The notes beneath the pieces are model-generated. The model was given only the letters and a program-made list of their open reading frames with translations, did not search any database and was not told the DNA's origin. A program made the position numbers and the translations under genes. DNA of 64,000 bases from an uncultured Methanomicrobiales archaeon (GTDB taxonomy: Archaea; Halobacteriota; Methanomicrobia; Methanomicrobiales; Methanospirillaceae). Shown piece after piece: positions 1-10,715 of this stretch; the stretch's first letter is position 1, and each line of letters starts with the position of its first letter. The stretch lies in NCBI GenBank assembly GCA_963697895.1, contig OY969100.1, forward strand, positions 1,984,001-2,048,000, in the 5' to 3' direction.

Positions 1-100
1 CAAGACAGAGATCGGAGCGGGAAATATATCGTTCTCAAAACTTACCGGCCGGAGTCTGATGAACCAACCGGTGTGTCCATCATTTCCGAATATTCTGCAG

Positions 101-1258
101 TTAAGGGTTCGCGACAGATTTTCCCTGGTCCCGGATCTTTCTGATCTCATCGATCCGGGGAATCGGCCTGACCCCTGCGAGAAGGATCAATATTGCAACA
201 TAACGGGAATGGCTCAACGGATAATCTCCGGATCTCACTTCTCTCCCGGCGATGCTCCGATCAATCCATTTTCTCACTGTCATTGACCCCTTCATGCTTA
301 TCTCATGGGTTGGCCCGGCGATCAGGATCAGCCCTTTCTCTGCGGAAGAGAGATCGCATTGAACTGAGATCTCCTCATAGACCGCTCTTTTCGCGAGTGA
401 GACCAGCCTGATCGCTTTGGTATGACTATCCTCGAAAGAGGTCCCCGCTAGTTTAAAATGGCGGATGAATTCGAATCCTCCTTTGACAACCTCTTCAGTC
501 GCATAACCGAGGGCAATGAATCCCATACCCCGCATCGTATTCAGCACCTCGCCTGTGTCGAGCACGACCTCGCCGACATCCCGTCCGGGGCTCTCATGGA
601 ATTCTCCGGCACGAAGAAGAAGGCCAAAACGCTGTGCAATGAGGTCATTGATCTGATCAAATGTCCTGAGATGGAGGCTCCGGTCAGGTTGTAATTTTCC
701 TGAACCGGGAACGAAAGACCGGTTCACCGACTCCTTTTTTTCAGACAATAACCGTCCGGCCTTCGGATACCAGATTTCATTGTCGAAAATAATGATTCCA
801 TCGAGCATTGGGTTAAGAAGATCCAGATCATCAGCAGCCCGCACCGTGCGCTGCTCACCTTCGGCAACGCACGGAAGCGTGAATAATCCAAAAACCGGCT
901 CAACCATCACCTTCCGGATGGACTGTATGATACGGGGGGCGGCTTCCGCCATAGTACCCCCAAGTCCCATGCAAAAAAGAATTGCATCCAGATCACCCGT
1001 ATCCAGCCTTTGGATCTTTTCTATAATCTCTTCGATGGTAATATTTTCGAGGATATCATCAGGATGGCGGGGATCCATGGACGGGAAAAATAGTTTCTGC
1101 ATATCTGGCATAGAAGAGAGACCCGTTAGAACATCAGAATCGCGATCAACGGCAATTGCATCGAGGCAGATGACTTTGCCGAACTTACGGTCTTTGGCAT
1201 ACAATGTATCCACCATCCGACATCCTGCTCCTCCAAGGCCTATAGCCACAACCCGCAT
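101..1258 (-). CDS. Tubulin/FtsZ superfamily protein, divergent CetZ-like
   Basis: N-terminal AIGLGGAGCR GTP loop, IIIFDNE, VVLDTGEVLNT and C-terminal VRSGDYP typical of CetZ; tubulin signature degenerate (MGLGGTMAE). Confidence 0.8.
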   Translation of the reverse strand: MRVVAIGLGGAGCRMVDTLYAKDRKFGKVICLDAIAVDRDSDVLTGLSSMPDMQKLFFPSMDPRHPDDILENITIEEIIEKIQRLDTGDLDAILFCMGLGGTMAEAAPRIIQSIRKVMVEPVFGLFTLPCVAEGEQRTVRAADDLDLLNPMLDGIIIFDNEIWYPKAGRLLSEKKESVNRSFVPGSGKLQPDRSLHLRTFDQINDLIAQRFGLLLRAGEFHESPGRDVGEVVLDTGEVLNTMRGMGFIALGYATEEVVKGGFEFIRHFKLAGTSFEDSHTKAIRLVSLAKRAVYEEISVQCDLSSAEKGLILIAGPTHEISMKGSMTVRKWIDRSIAGREVRSGDYPLSHSRYVAILILLAGVRPIPRIDEIRKIRDQGKSVANP

Positions 1259-1699
1259 CCGATCTATCCTGCCGGCAATTCATACATCCCGGTTCTATGA
1301 ACTGTGTGTACTCTCCCGTGCCATATTATTTTGGCTCTTACCGGCAGACCTGTTCGCCTTGAACGAAGGGGACGCAAGTGGCAACTCGACGGCCCGGAGG
1401 GACCCAGAATGCCCAGACATCATGTATTTATGATAATTTCTGAAAGAAACGGAATATAGGAGAAATATTAATTTTATACACTAATTCCTCCCTACACTAT
1501 TCGGATGGCAATAAAGGGTTTTCTTTTTTTTCAGGCGGGAAATAACGACTTCTTTACCTCCCATTCCATTGAGCGCGAATATTAAGGACCGATTATGGCG
1601 CCGTTTCGATCCCGGTCGGGGCTTCTTTTGACTACGGGAGATCGATTCGATAATATATTTAACCCTTGTGGGCGATACTACACACTGAGGTGCATTACC

Positions 1700-2686
1700 T
1701 TGAGTTATGGAATAGAATTTGTACCAGGAAACGTGAACGTGAAACAGGTGGTCAATTACTGCAAGCTTGCGGAATCAAAGGACATTGATTATGCCTGGAT
1801 CACGAATCACTACAACAATCGTCATTGCTACCCGACTCTGGCCGCGATCGCAATGAACACGACAACCCTGAAGATGGGTCCGGGGATCATGAATGCGTTT
1901 ACGGATACCCCCGCCGCAATGGCTTCTTTCTTCTGCACATTAAATGAGATATCAGATGGAAGGGCGGTGCTCGGGATCGGACCCGGAGACCTTTCTACCC
2001 TTCCGAAACTTGCGATCAAACCGGAGAAACCCGTAGCACGGCTGAAAGAAGCGGTCGCTCAGATCAGGAAGCTCTGTGCCGGTGAGGAAGTAAAGAAGTC
2101 AGGTATGGAGTTCTTCGACTATGATGGCGCGAAGCTGACCGGTGTCAATCTCCCGGGCAAAAAAGGCGTTCCTATCTATATCGGAGCCCAGGGACCGAAA
2201 GTTCTCGAGCTTGCCGGTACGGTCGGGGATGGCGCCCTGATTAATGCATCCAATCCAAAGGATTTCGCGGTCGCGATCCCCATTATCAAGGCCGCCGCCG
2301 ACAAGGTCGGAAAGAAGGGATTCGATGTAGGCGCGTATACCGCAATGTCCATTGATATGAACGAGAAAAAGGCACGAAATGCGGCAAAGATCGTTGCTGC
2401 ATTTATCGCCGCCGGATCCCCGCCGGATCTCCTCACCCGCCACGGACTCGACCTGAACAATGTCGCGAAGATCAAAGCAGCATTGTCCAAATTCGACTTC
2501 AAAACGGTAGGAGAGCTCGTCGGTGACAAAGAGATCGATGCATTCACCATCGCAGGAACACCCGACATGGTCAAGCAGAAATGCGACGCACTCACAAAGG
2601 CCGGGGTTACACAGATCATCTTCGGGTCCCCCCTCGGGCCTGATATGACAACTTCGATCCGTCTGCTTGGCAAATACATCGTATAA
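1700..2686 (+). CDS. mer: F420-dependent methylene-H4MPT reductase
   Basis: YGIEFVP, WITNHYNNR, GRAVLGIGPGD, IYIGAQGPK, FGSPLGP; TTG start at 1700 after GAGGTG SD. Confidence 0.95.
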   Translation: MSYGIEFVPGNVNVKQVVNYCKLAESKDIDYAWITNHYNNRHCYPTLAAIAMNTTTLKMGPGIMNAFTDTPAAMASFFCTLNEISDGRAVLGIGPGDLSTLPKLAIKPEKPVARLKEAVAQIRKLCAGEEVKKSGMEFFDYDGAKLTGVNLPGKKGVPIYIGAQGPKVLELAGTVGDGALINASNPKDFAVAIPIIKAAADKVGKKGFDVGAYTAMSIDMNEKKARNAAKIVAAFIAAGSPPDLLTRHGLDLNNVAKIKAALSKFDFKTVGELVGDKEIDAFTIAGTPDMVKQKCDALTKAGVTQIIFGSPLGPDMTTSIRLLGKYIV

Positions 2687-2758
2687 GAAACTGAGAGAGA
2701 AAACCAATCTTTTTTTAATAAGTACCGGTTTTCTTAGAAGTATCCCAAAAAGGGAACC

Positions 2759-3691
2759 ATGTTCACCATAACGGAGATCCCTGCTGGTAAAGGGATTTTA
2801 CAATACCGGGAAGAGACACTCACCGGTCTGCGGTGTCGGATCTCACCGGAGAGACTCCAAAGGCGGGTCGATAACTCCTTCTTCATGCCATCGGTCCCTG
2901 TTGAATGCCCGTTCTGTCCGGATTCCGTCACTAAGGTCACACCCTGTTTTAAGGACGGGAAACGTATCCATGTCGGGGAGAGTGTAACATTTCCAAACCT
3001 CTTTCCCTTTGCAGCACACCATACCGTAACGGTCATAACCCGTTCACACAACCCGGAACAATTCAACGCATCGCAGCTGAAGGACGCCTTCATCGGTCAG
3101 ATCCGTTCATTCCAGCATACAGAAGGATATCCAAGCATCAACTGGAATTTCCTCACCTCTTCAGGAGCGAGTCTGACACACCCTCACCTGCAGGGAATCG
3201 CTGACCGACGGCCGGGTGTCATCGCGGAGCGGTACATCATCAGGAGCGGCGAGCATCGTGTACGGACCGGGTGCTCATACTGGGAAACTCTCAGGATTAC
3301 GGAAACCATTACGGACCGTTACCTCCTCGGGGATGAGATCGTTTGGGCGTCACAGGGCGTCCCTCTGGGGGAACGGGAGATACGGGGATATCTCCCGATA
3401 GCCCATCTCGATTCTCTTGAATCATATCTCGATCCTCTTATATCCGGTATTATGCGGGTGATCGAGTTCTATCGGCATCTCGGCACTCATGCGTTTAACA
3501 TGGGAATTTTTTTCGACCGGTCCGACAGGGATCACGGATTCTCGGCATTCTGTTCGTTCATTTCAAGAATTAACCCCAACGCCTCTTCGATCAGTGATTC
3601 GGCATTTATGGAACGGCTTCATCTGGAACCCGTCATCCTCACGCTCCCTGAAGAACTGGGGAGGTTTTATCGCGAGGCGATCGCCAGATAA
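2759..3691 (+). CDS. GalT-like HIT-superfamily nucleotidyltransferase
   Basis: CPFC zinc motif, FPNLFPF, GASLTHPHLQ (HxHxQ active site). Confidence 0.85.
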   Translation: MFTITEIPAGKGILQYREETLTGLRCRISPERLQRRVDNSFFMPSVPVECPFCPDSVTKVTPCFKDGKRIHVGESVTFPNLFPFAAHHTVTVITRSHNPEQFNASQLKDAFIGQIRSFQHTEGYPSINWNFLTSSGASLTHPHLQGIADRRPGVIAERYIIRSGEHRVRTGCSYWETLRITETITDRYLLGDEIVWASQGVPLGEREIRGYLPIAHLDSLESYLDPLISGIMRVIEFYRHLGTHAFNMGIFFDRSDRDHGFSAFCSFISRINPNASSISDSAFMERLHLEPVILTLPEELGRFYREAIAR

Positions 3692-3830
3692 TCTCATCAC
3701 GAACCGACAGCTTATTTTTCTCCAGATCTTTGAAATACATGAGAACATGTCAATTATAATTGAGAACAGATCCGGGTTGACCTTTCACCGGTGACAGAAC
3801 CTACCAGAGAAAAGAAAAAAGAATGCTGAA

Positions 3831-4670
3831 TTATTCAGGTTTGCTGATCAGCTTGGTCTTTGAGACGATAACGCCGTCCTTCTTGTGTGGTTTTCTTATC
3901 ACACCATCAGAGGCTTTCTCGATCTCCCGTGCATCGTCGCAGAGGATTGCTGCTGCTTTCATCATTTCATGAGCACTTGCCACAATCGGGACATATTGCT
4001 CCCATTCTTTCGTCATGAAACAGCCCTTTACGTTTACCATTGCAACGGCGGATGCAATCTCATATGCGGCACGCGCCTTTGCCAATGCGTAGGGGTTGGT
4101 GAATTCTCCCATCACGGCCTTATCGGAGGACATGACAATCTTGGGAAGAACCAGATCATGCCCTTTCTTCCCGGCCTTTACCTGATTGATCACGTCGTCG
4201 AGCGCCATCTGCATCTTGCGGAATGCGCCGGTAAGGGCGAGGACTTTGACGAGATTCCCATTGTAGTCAGCCATCTCGATAGGGTCAAGGAACTCCCTGC
4301 GTGCACCAATCATGGAGTCGGCCTTCATGATGATGTATCCGAATTTACTATCCTTCATTTCGGCCCATTCTTTTTTAGTCGTGACATCATCGGTAATCAC
4401 AACTACCGGTATACCCGCCGCAGCAAGTTGCTCACGGGCACCGGTCGGACCCGGCAACACCCCATTTGGAGATACAACGATGGCAAAATCAGGCTTCCAT
4501 GCCTTCATGTTCGAAACTACCCGGTCGATATCTTCCGGCTGGAGCTTCGTCCCGCTGGTCGCCATGAATGTCTGCATATCTTCCCTGTCTGCCCGTTCGT
4601 CAAGGAGCAGTTCGGCCATTACACCACTTGCAATGTTGCCCAATTTGGCAACTCCTACTTTAACTACCAT
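3831..4670 (-). CDS. mtd: F420-dependent methylene-H4MPT dehydrogenase
   Basis: [44 protein letters not shown]; ATG at 4670 with GAGGTG SD. Confidence 0.95.
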   Translation of the reverse strand: MVVKVGVAKLGNIASGVMAELLLDERADREDMQTFMATSGTKLQPEDIDRVVSNMKAWKPDFAIVVSPNGVLPGPTGAREQLAAAGIPVVVITDDVTTKKEWAEMKDSKFGYIIMKADSMIGARREFLDPIEMADYNGNLVKVLALTGAFRKMQMALDDVINQVKAGKKGHDLVLPKIVMSSDKAVMGEFTNPYALAKARAAYEIASAVAMVNVKGCFMTKEWEQYVPIVASAHEMMKAAAILCDDAREIEKASDGVIRKPHKKDGVIVSKTKLISKPE

Positions 4671-4853
4671 TTTACACCTCACAATTTTATAACACGTTAC
4701 TATACCACCGGGGAAATATAAACGTTTTGAAAATTTTCTTTCTATGCTCTCTGTTCAGCGGAGCGCGTGCATTTGGGGTGATATAGGAGATGTGGCGGGA
4801 TCCAGCCGATGTTAACGAAAAGTGTTTTATGTCTCCCCGCACAATGCTCTCGT

Positions 4854-5258
4854 ATGAAGGATGGGCTCCTCACGGATCGCCAGAAAGAAGTACTCCGCTA
4901 CAGGAAACAGGGGATGACCCAGCAGCAGATTGCGGATATCATCGATACCTCGAAGGCGAACGTCTGCACGATCGAAAAATCGGCAATGGAAAACATCAGA
5001 AGAGCTCGTGACACGCTTGAATTCCTTTATACTCTGGATGCGACCCATCTCTGCACGATACAGGCCGGTACCGATCTGCTGGACGTCCCTCCTGTAGTAT
5101 ACCAGGAGGCGGAACGCCATGGTATCAAGGTGAAATACGATACCATCTCACTCATCAATAAACTCCGCGAATCAGCGCCGGAGCGATTCAGAGCCAGACA
5201 AGTCAGGGAGAATGTCGATGTTTACATTAATGACGAAGGTGATCTCTATTTCGGATAA
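4854..5258 (+). CDS. tfx: Tfx-family DNA-binding protein
   Basis: LLTDRQKEVLRYRKQGMTQQQIADII.TSKANVCTIEKSA HTH plus Tfx C-terminal domain. Confidence 0.85.
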   Translation: MKDGLLTDRQKEVLRYRKQGMTQQQIADIIDTSKANVCTIEKSAMENIRRARDTLEFLYTLDATHLCTIQAGTDLLDVPPVVYQEAERHGIKVKYDTISLINKLRESAPERFRARQVRENVDVYINDEGDLYFG

Positions 5259-5339
5259 TCAGGTATACATTTTCACAAATTCCAGCAGGTTGTACTAATA
5301 TTTATATCCGAATTTAACTAATAATAATGGAAGCCTATA

Positions 5340-5890
5340 TGTGGTTAACGGCAGGGGCTCCACAATCAGGATGATAATTTCCGCATGGTGGCTCTCGAGA
5401 GGGATTCCTGCATGTGGATTCATCCGGATGTGCTCTGTTTCCGTGACCCGTATGGTCCACCCCCCGTAAAATCGAACGGGGGTTATACCGAGAAGAAGTT
5501 GTGAATTGTTCACAACGGGCTGAAGCGCGGAATCTGATCAGGTACGCAGGGTGGACGTTGATGAAAACGAGCCCGTACAGAGCGTCCGAGTCAGGATCTA
5601 TTCAAGAGACTGGTAGTCTGGTATAATCCAGGGCAGTGGTGGAACCACATACATGATATGCGGTCAACACTTCTTCATCCGGGTACGGATGGCGGGGTGA
5701 CTGGCCGGGGTATGGGTATTTCAACAGAAAGCGGTTTCGGTTCAGTATTACGCGAGAATTATCGCGGTAATCTCGGCCTCCCTATATGAAACGGGAGAGA
5801 ACAGAAACAATGGAATCGGCCGGATATCGGCTGATTCAGATAACAGTGGATAGTGTGCTCATAAAAAAGCACAAGAGGAATGATTGAAGC
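5340..5890 (+). ncRNA. Long structured 5' leader of the rpl3 (S10-like) operon; candidate r-protein autoregulatory RNA
   Basis: No credible ORF; TATA-like TTTATAT near 5301; stems at 5461-5482, 5498-5516, 5553-5587, 5676-5691, 5813-5837. Confidence 0.5.
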
Positions 5891-6904
5891 ATGCCAAAAA
5901 TTAACAGGCCACGCAGGGGTTCCCTTGCATTCAGCCCGCGGAAGCGTGCAAAGAGTCCGATCCCGAAATATCAGTCATGGCCGGTATTCGAAGGGGCACC
6001 GATGCTGCAGGGCTTTGCCGGGTACAAAGTGGGAATGACGCATGTTATCATGGTGGATGACCATAAGAACAGCCCCACCGAGGGAAAGGACATCATGGTA
6101 CCGGTTACCGTAATCGAAGTGCCGGCAATGAAAGTCGCCGCAATCCGGGCTTATACGAAGGATACGTACGGGAAACGCCCGCTCACTGAGATCTGGTCCG
6201 ATCAGATCGATCCGGAACTCTCGCGTCGGATAACCGCCCCGAAAGAATATGATCCTACCCATGCACGTGAAGAGATCCAGAAAAGCATCGCAAGCGGATC
6301 AGTTGTTGAATTGTGTGCATTGATGTATACTCAGCCGGGTTCAGTGACGGGAATTCCTAAAAAAGTTCCGGATCTCATGGAGATCAGGGTAGCCGGAGGG
6401 TCCCTCGATAAGCGGTACGAATTCATTTCAGGGCTCCTCGGAAGAGAAGTAAGCCTGAACAACGTCATTTCGATGGGTGCATATGCCGATATCACCGCAA
6501 TTACGACTGGGAAAGGGACTCAGGGCCCGGTAAAGCGATGGGGAGTGGCGCTTCGGAAGCGCAAACATTCCCGCGGTGGAAAGGAGCGACATGTAGGTAC
6601 TTTAGGACCGTGGAACCCTCACCATATCCGTTGGCAGGTACCCCAGATGGGACAGATGGGGTATCAGCAGAGGACAGAGTTTAATAAAAGGATCCTGAAA
6701 ATCGGAGAAGATGGAGCGGATATTACCCCGGAAGGTGGATTTCTCCATTACGGGACTGTGAAGAATCCGTATGTCCTGATCAAGGGTTCCGTACCCGGAC
6801 CGGTGAAGAGGCTTGTGCGGATTCGACCTGCAATGCGTCTGGGAGAACATGTAGTGCGTGCTCCGGTTCTCGAATTTGTGAGTACACAGAGTAAGCAGGG
6901 GTGA
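5891..6904 (+). CDS. rpl3: 50S ribosomal protein L3
   Basis: [37 protein letters not shown]. Confidence 0.97.
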   Translation: MPKINRPRRGSLAFSPRKRAKSPIPKYQSWPVFEGAPMLQGFAGYKVGMTHVIMVDDHKNSPTEGKDIMVPVTVIEVPAMKVAAIRAYTKDTYGKRPLTEIWSDQIDPELSRRITAPKEYDPTHAREEIQKSIASGSVVELCALMYTQPGSVTGIPKKVPDLMEIRVAGGSLDKRYEFISGLLGREVSLNNVISMGAYADITAITTGKGTQGPVKRWGVALRKRKHSRGGKERHVGTLGPWNPHHIRWQVPQMGQMGYQQRTEFNKRILKIGEDGADITPEGGFLHYGTVKNPYVLIKGSVPGPVKRLVRIRPAMRLGEHVVRAPVLEFVSTQSKQG

Positions 6905-6910
6905 TCAGGT

Positions 6911-7657
6911 ATGAAAGCACAAGTTAGGACACTCGACGGGAATATCACGCGTGAGATTCCGCTTCCGGCAGTATTCGAGGAGGAATACCGACCGGATCTC
7001 ATAAAGAGAGCGGTCATTGCGCTACAGAGTACCCGGAGACAGCCACATGGCACCGACCCCTTTGCCGGAATACGGTCTTCGGCAGTCGGATGGGGGAGCG
7101 GGCGCGGGGTATCCCATGTACCACGAATCAGGAATGGATCGCGGGCTGCAAAAGTACCACAGGCAAAGGGGGGCAGGGCAGCACACCCCCCTCTTACCGC
7201 GAAGATTCTTATCAGACATATTAACAAGAAGGAAAAACAAAAAGCGCTCCGATCAGCAATAGCCGCAAGTATATGTGATGAATTAGTGAGAGGCCGGGGC
7301 CATGTCTTCGAAGGAGATGTCCCTGTCGTAATCGAAGACCGTTTCGAAGAGCTCTCCCGGACCAGCGAAGTTATTGCGGCACTCTCGGCTGCCGGTGTCT
7401 ATGGGGATGTTGAACGGGCCAAGTTGAGTAAAAAAGTGCGGCCAGGTCGTGGGAAGATGCGGGGGCGCCGGTACCGTCAGCGGAAGAGTCTGCTAATCGT
7501 CACCGCCGATAAACCACTCCGTGCAGCCCGGAATCTTGCGGGTGTCGATGCGGTCACAGTCGATGAGCTGAATACGGAACATCTGGCACCGGGAACTCAC
7601 CCCGGGAGACTCACGGTGTGGACAGAGAGTGCATTGATGCGGCTGGAGGGGAGATGA
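6911..7657 (+). CDS. rpl4: 50S ribosomal protein L4
   Basis: RPDLIKRAV, GSGRGVSHVPR, LAPGTHPGRLTVWT. Confidence 0.97.
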   Translation: MKAQVRTLDGNITREIPLPAVFEEEYRPDLIKRAVIALQSTRRQPHGTDPFAGIRSSAVGWGSGRGVSHVPRIRNGSRAAKVPQAKGGRAAHPPLTAKILIRHINKKEKQKALRSAIAASICDELVRGRGHVFEGDVPVVIEDRFEELSRTSEVIAALSAAGVYGDVERAKLSKKVRPGRGKMRGRRYRQRKSLLIVTADKPLRAARNLAGVDAVTVDELNTEHLAPGTHPGRLTVWTESALMRLEGR

Positions 7658-7660
7658 ACC

Positions 7661-7909
7661 ATGGTTCTGAAACATCCGTTCGTCACAGAAAAAGCCATGA
7701 TGATGCTCGAAAACCAGAATAAGCTTCAGTTTCTGGTACGAAACGAAGCCACAAAACAGCAGATCAAACGGGAGATCGAAACCACATTTGAACAGAAAGT
7801 CACCTCGGTGAACACAATCATGACATCGAAAGGTGAAAAAAAGGCCATTGTGAGTTTTGTAAATGAAAAGGCTGCAGAGGAGATACTCAGCCGTCTCGGC
7901 ATTATGTAG
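7661..7909 (+). CDS. rpl23: 50S ribosomal protein L23
   Basis: HPFVTEKA, KKAIV; operon position. Confidence 0.95.
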   Translation: MVLKHPFVTEKAMMMLENQNKLQFLVRNEATKQQIKREIETTFEQKVTSVNTIMTSKGEKKAIVSFVNEKAAEEILSRLGIM

Positions 7910-7918
7910 GTGTTAGAT

Positions 7919-8635
7919 ATGGGACATCGAATAACAACACAGAACAGAGGAAAGGGAGGACCCACATATCGGGCGCCATCTCATAGATATAAGGCAGCAT
8001 TGCGCCACCTCGGGAACGGAGACGCGCTGGTAACAGGAACAGTCATCGATATCGAGCATGATCCGGCACGGAATTCCCCGATAGGAAAGGTACGCCTCGA
8101 TAACGGTTCTCAATCCTATGCCCTTATCACTGAGGGTATCGGGGTCGGTGATGTGATCTCCTGGGGATCGGATGCTGAGGTGAAGAACGGCAATACGCTC
8201 CCCCTTCGGGCGATCCCGACCGGCGCATATGTTTGTAACATCGAAGCGCGCCCACAGGACGGGGGAAAATTTGTGCGTTCAAGCGGGGTTCAGGCAATCG
8301 TGATCGATAAAGCTGAGGACCGGGTTGGTGTGCAGATGCCCAGCGGGGCGACGAAATGGTTTAATGCTCGGTGCTCTGCAACGATCGGAATCGTTGCCGG
8401 AGGGGGCCGTGGTGAGAAACCGTTCGTTAAGGCAGGAAACAAATACCACAAGATGAAAAACACGGCATCCAACTGGCCACGTGTGCGTGGCGTCGCAATG
8501 AACGTAATCGATCATCCCTTCGGGGGCGGGGGACATCAGCACCCGGGACGACCGAAGACTATTGCCCGTGGTACATCGCCGGGAAGGACGGTTGGCCATA
8601 TTGCCGCCCGTCAGACTGGAAGGGGCAGAAAGTAA
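7919..8635 (+). CDS. rpl2: 50S ribosomal protein L2
   Basis: IEHDPAR, WPRVRGVAMNVIDHPFGGG. Confidence 0.97.
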   Translation: MGHRITTQNRGKGGPTYRAPSHRYKAALRHLGNGDALVTGTVIDIEHDPARNSPIGKVRLDNGSQSYALITEGIGVGDVISWGSDAEVKNGNTLPLRAIPTGAYVCNIEARPQDGGKFVRSSGVQAIVIDKAEDRVGVQMPSGATKWFNARCSATIGIVAGGGRGEKPFVKAGNKYHKMKNTASNWPRVRGVAMNVIDHPFGGGGHQHPGRPKTIARGTSPGRTVGHIAARQTGRGRK

Positions 8636-8649
8636 GGAGATGGTGAAAT

Positions 8650-9063
8650 ATGGCAAAGAAAACACAGAAGAGATTACCCAGACGGCGTGAGGAGTTCACC
8701 TACCACGGCCTCAGGGTCGAGGAGCTACAAAAAATGGCAACCATTGAACTGCTCCCGGTGATGCCAGCCCGTGCCCGCCGCAAGATAAGAAGAGGTCTCA
8801 CCCGGAGTGAGGAGAATCTCCTCGCGAAGATCAGAAAGGGTGGCGAGCATATCAGAACACATGTTCGGGATATGGTGATCATGCCGGAAATGATCGGGAA
8901 AGAGATCGAGGTCCATAACGGGAAGGAATTTGTAAAAGTCGAACTCCAGCCAGAGGCAGTCTTCCACTACCTGGGAGAGTTTGCCCTGACCCGGAAGAGG
9001 GTCTCTCACGGCAGTGCCGGTATCGGAGCGACCCGTTCGAGCAAATATGTACCGTTGAAGTGA
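8650..9063 (+). CDS. rps19: 30S ribosomal protein S19
   Basis: [28 protein letters not shown]. Confidence 0.97.
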   Translation: MAKKTQKRLPRRREEFTYHGLRVEELQKMATIELLPVMPARARRKIRRGLTRSEENLLAKIRKGGEHIRTHVRDMVIMPEMIGKEIEVHNGKEFVKVELQPEAVFHYLGEFALTRKRVSHGSAGIGATRSSKYVPLK

Positions 9064-9068
9064 TGGAA

Positions 9069-9530
9069 ATGGCAAGAGTTGCATATGGAACTACAATCGC
9101 AGGAGAGAACATCGCCCGCGGTAAGGCAAATGAACTGCCCATTTCTCCGAAGCATGCAATTGAGATCGCTCAGTTCATCAAACGGAAGCGGGCTGATGAC
9201 GCGATTGCATACCTCGAACAGGTTGTCATCCGGAAAAAAGCGATACCGTTCAGGCGATTCAACCGGAACGTGGCACACCGGCATGGCTTGGAAGGCTGGG
9301 ATGCCGGCCGCTACCCTAAAAAGGCATCGGAGGCCTACATCAGACTCTTGGAGTCGGTGAAAAAGAACGCCGAATATATCGGCCTCGATACGGAGAAACT
9401 CGAGATCGTTCACGCCGCAGCAAACAGAGGAAGGGCTCAGAAAGGGTTTTTCCCACGGGCAATGGGGCGGGCCACGCCGAAGATGCGGGAAACGGTTAAC
9501 ATCGAGATCATCGTCCGGGAGGTGGAATGA
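9069..9530 (+). CDS. rpl22: 50S ribosomal protein L22
   Basis: [25 protein letters not shown]. Confidence 0.96.
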   Translation: MARVAYGTTIAGENIARGKANELPISPKHAIEIAQFIKRKRADDAIAYLEQVVIRKKAIPFRRFNRNVAHRHGLEGWDAGRYPKKASEAYIRLLESVKKNAEYIGLDTEKLEIVHAAANRGRAQKGFFPRAMGRATPKMRETVNIEIIVREVE

Positions 9531-10231
9531 TGGCAGTGGAGAGAAAATTTATCGCAGAAGGAGTCCGACGGGCGCGAGTTGAGCGGCATCTCGTTCATGA
9601 ACTGAAACGTGCCGGTTACGGAGGGATGGACCTGGTCAGGACCCCACTCGGCACACAGGTAACGATATTCGCCGAGAAACCCGGTATAGTTATCGGAAAA
9701 GGGGGAAAGGTGGTACGTCAGCTGACTCAGGATCTTGCCACCGATTTTGGGGTGGAGTCCCCGCAGATAGAAGTACAGCAGGTCCCAAATCCGAGCTTTA
9801 ATGCACAGATCATGGCAGAAAGGCTTGCAAATGCGCTAGAACGCGGCTGGTATTTCAGGAAAGCAGGTTCAAGCGTGATCCGCCGGGTAATGGAGTCCGG
9901 GGCACTTGGCTGTGAGGTGATCATTGCGGGCAAACTGACCGGGTCACGTGCGCGGGTACAAAAATTCACCGAAGGATACATCAAACATAGTGGTGAACCG
10001 GTCAACACCATCGTTGAAAAAGGGTTTGCAGTCGCAATCAAGAAACTGGGTGTTATCGGTGTCCAGGTAAGAATCATTCCACCCGGTGCACGCCTGCCCG
10101 ATCACTTCGAAATGATCGAGCCCAAAGAGAAGGCGCCCAAAAAATCGGAGATTATCGTTACCGATATAGGCGAAGATGTCGAGCTGGATCTCGATCTTGC
10201 GGGGGATGAAGAGTTCGTGGAGGAAGAGTGA
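9530..10231 (+). CDS. rps3: 30S ribosomal protein S3
   Basis: KH motif PGIVIGKGG, GALGCEVIIAGKL. Confidence 0.97.
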   Translation: MAVERKFIAEGVRRARVERHLVHELKRAGYGGMDLVRTPLGTQVTIFAEKPGIVIGKGGKVVRQLTQDLATDFGVESPQIEVQQVPNPSFNAQIMAERLANALERGWYFRKAGSSVIRRVMESGALGCEVIIAGKLTGSRARVQKFTEGYIKHSGEPVNTIVEKGFAVAIKKLGVIGVQVRIIPPGARLPDHFEMIEPKEKAPKKSEIIVTDIGEDVELDLDLAGDEEFVEEE

Positions 10232-10434
10232 TGGCCATATTCCGGGCACATGATGTGGCTCAGCTCTCCGATGTGGAGTTGAAAGAACAGATGGGAAAGC
10301 TCAGGCTTGAATTGATCCAGCATTACGGTAAAGTGAGCGCGGGTGGGGCAACCGAGAACCCCGGTCGGATAAGAGAACTCCGCCGTACCATCGCCCGTAT
10401 GATGACTGAACAGAATAAGAGGGTACGGGCATGA
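10231..10434 (+). CDS. rpl29: 50S ribosomal protein L29
   Basis: ENPGRIRELRRTIARMMT. Confidence 0.95.
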   Translation: MAIFRAHDVAQLSDVELKEQMGKLRLELIQHYGKVSAGGATENPGRIRELRRTIARMMTEQNKRVRA

Positions 10435-10715
10435 TTTCGCCCCAGAACGTCATACGGCACGAACTGATCGGCCTTGACGTTCTGGTCGTCCATGCCAGCA
10501 ACCCGACACAGGAAGGGTTTAAGGGCCGGATCATCGATGAAACCAGAAATTTGCTGATCATTGAAGGAGGATGTGGCGTGCGGAGGATTCCCAAAAGGAT
10601 GAGCATCGTTCGCGTTACGCTTCCGGATGGCAGATTGGTCGAGGTGGATGGCTCTGTGCTGGTGATGGCCCCTGAAAGGCGAATCACCGTCCAGATAAAA
10701 AATAGAGGTACATAA
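10431..10715 (+). CDS. rnp1: Ribonuclease P protein component 1 (Rpp29)
   Basis: [26 protein letters not shown]; canonical position. Confidence 0.92.
   Translation: MISPQNVIRHELIGLDVLVVHASNPTQEGFKGRIIDETRNLLIIEGGCGVRRIPKRMSIVRVTLPDGRLVEVDGSVLVMAPERRITVQIKNRGT

Noticed and set aside
1595-1699. Longer N-termini given by the ORF track (mer, and likewise adk, marC, mcrB, mcrD, mtrC, ftr)
   Set aside because: Downstream starts match family N-termini and, where checked, have SD sequences
5340-5890. RNase P RNA or hammerhead ribozyme (AACAGAAA, CTGA/TGATGA motifs)
   Set aside because: No GAGGAAAGUCC-type P4 5' strand seen on either strand; hammerhead core elements are not in the required order
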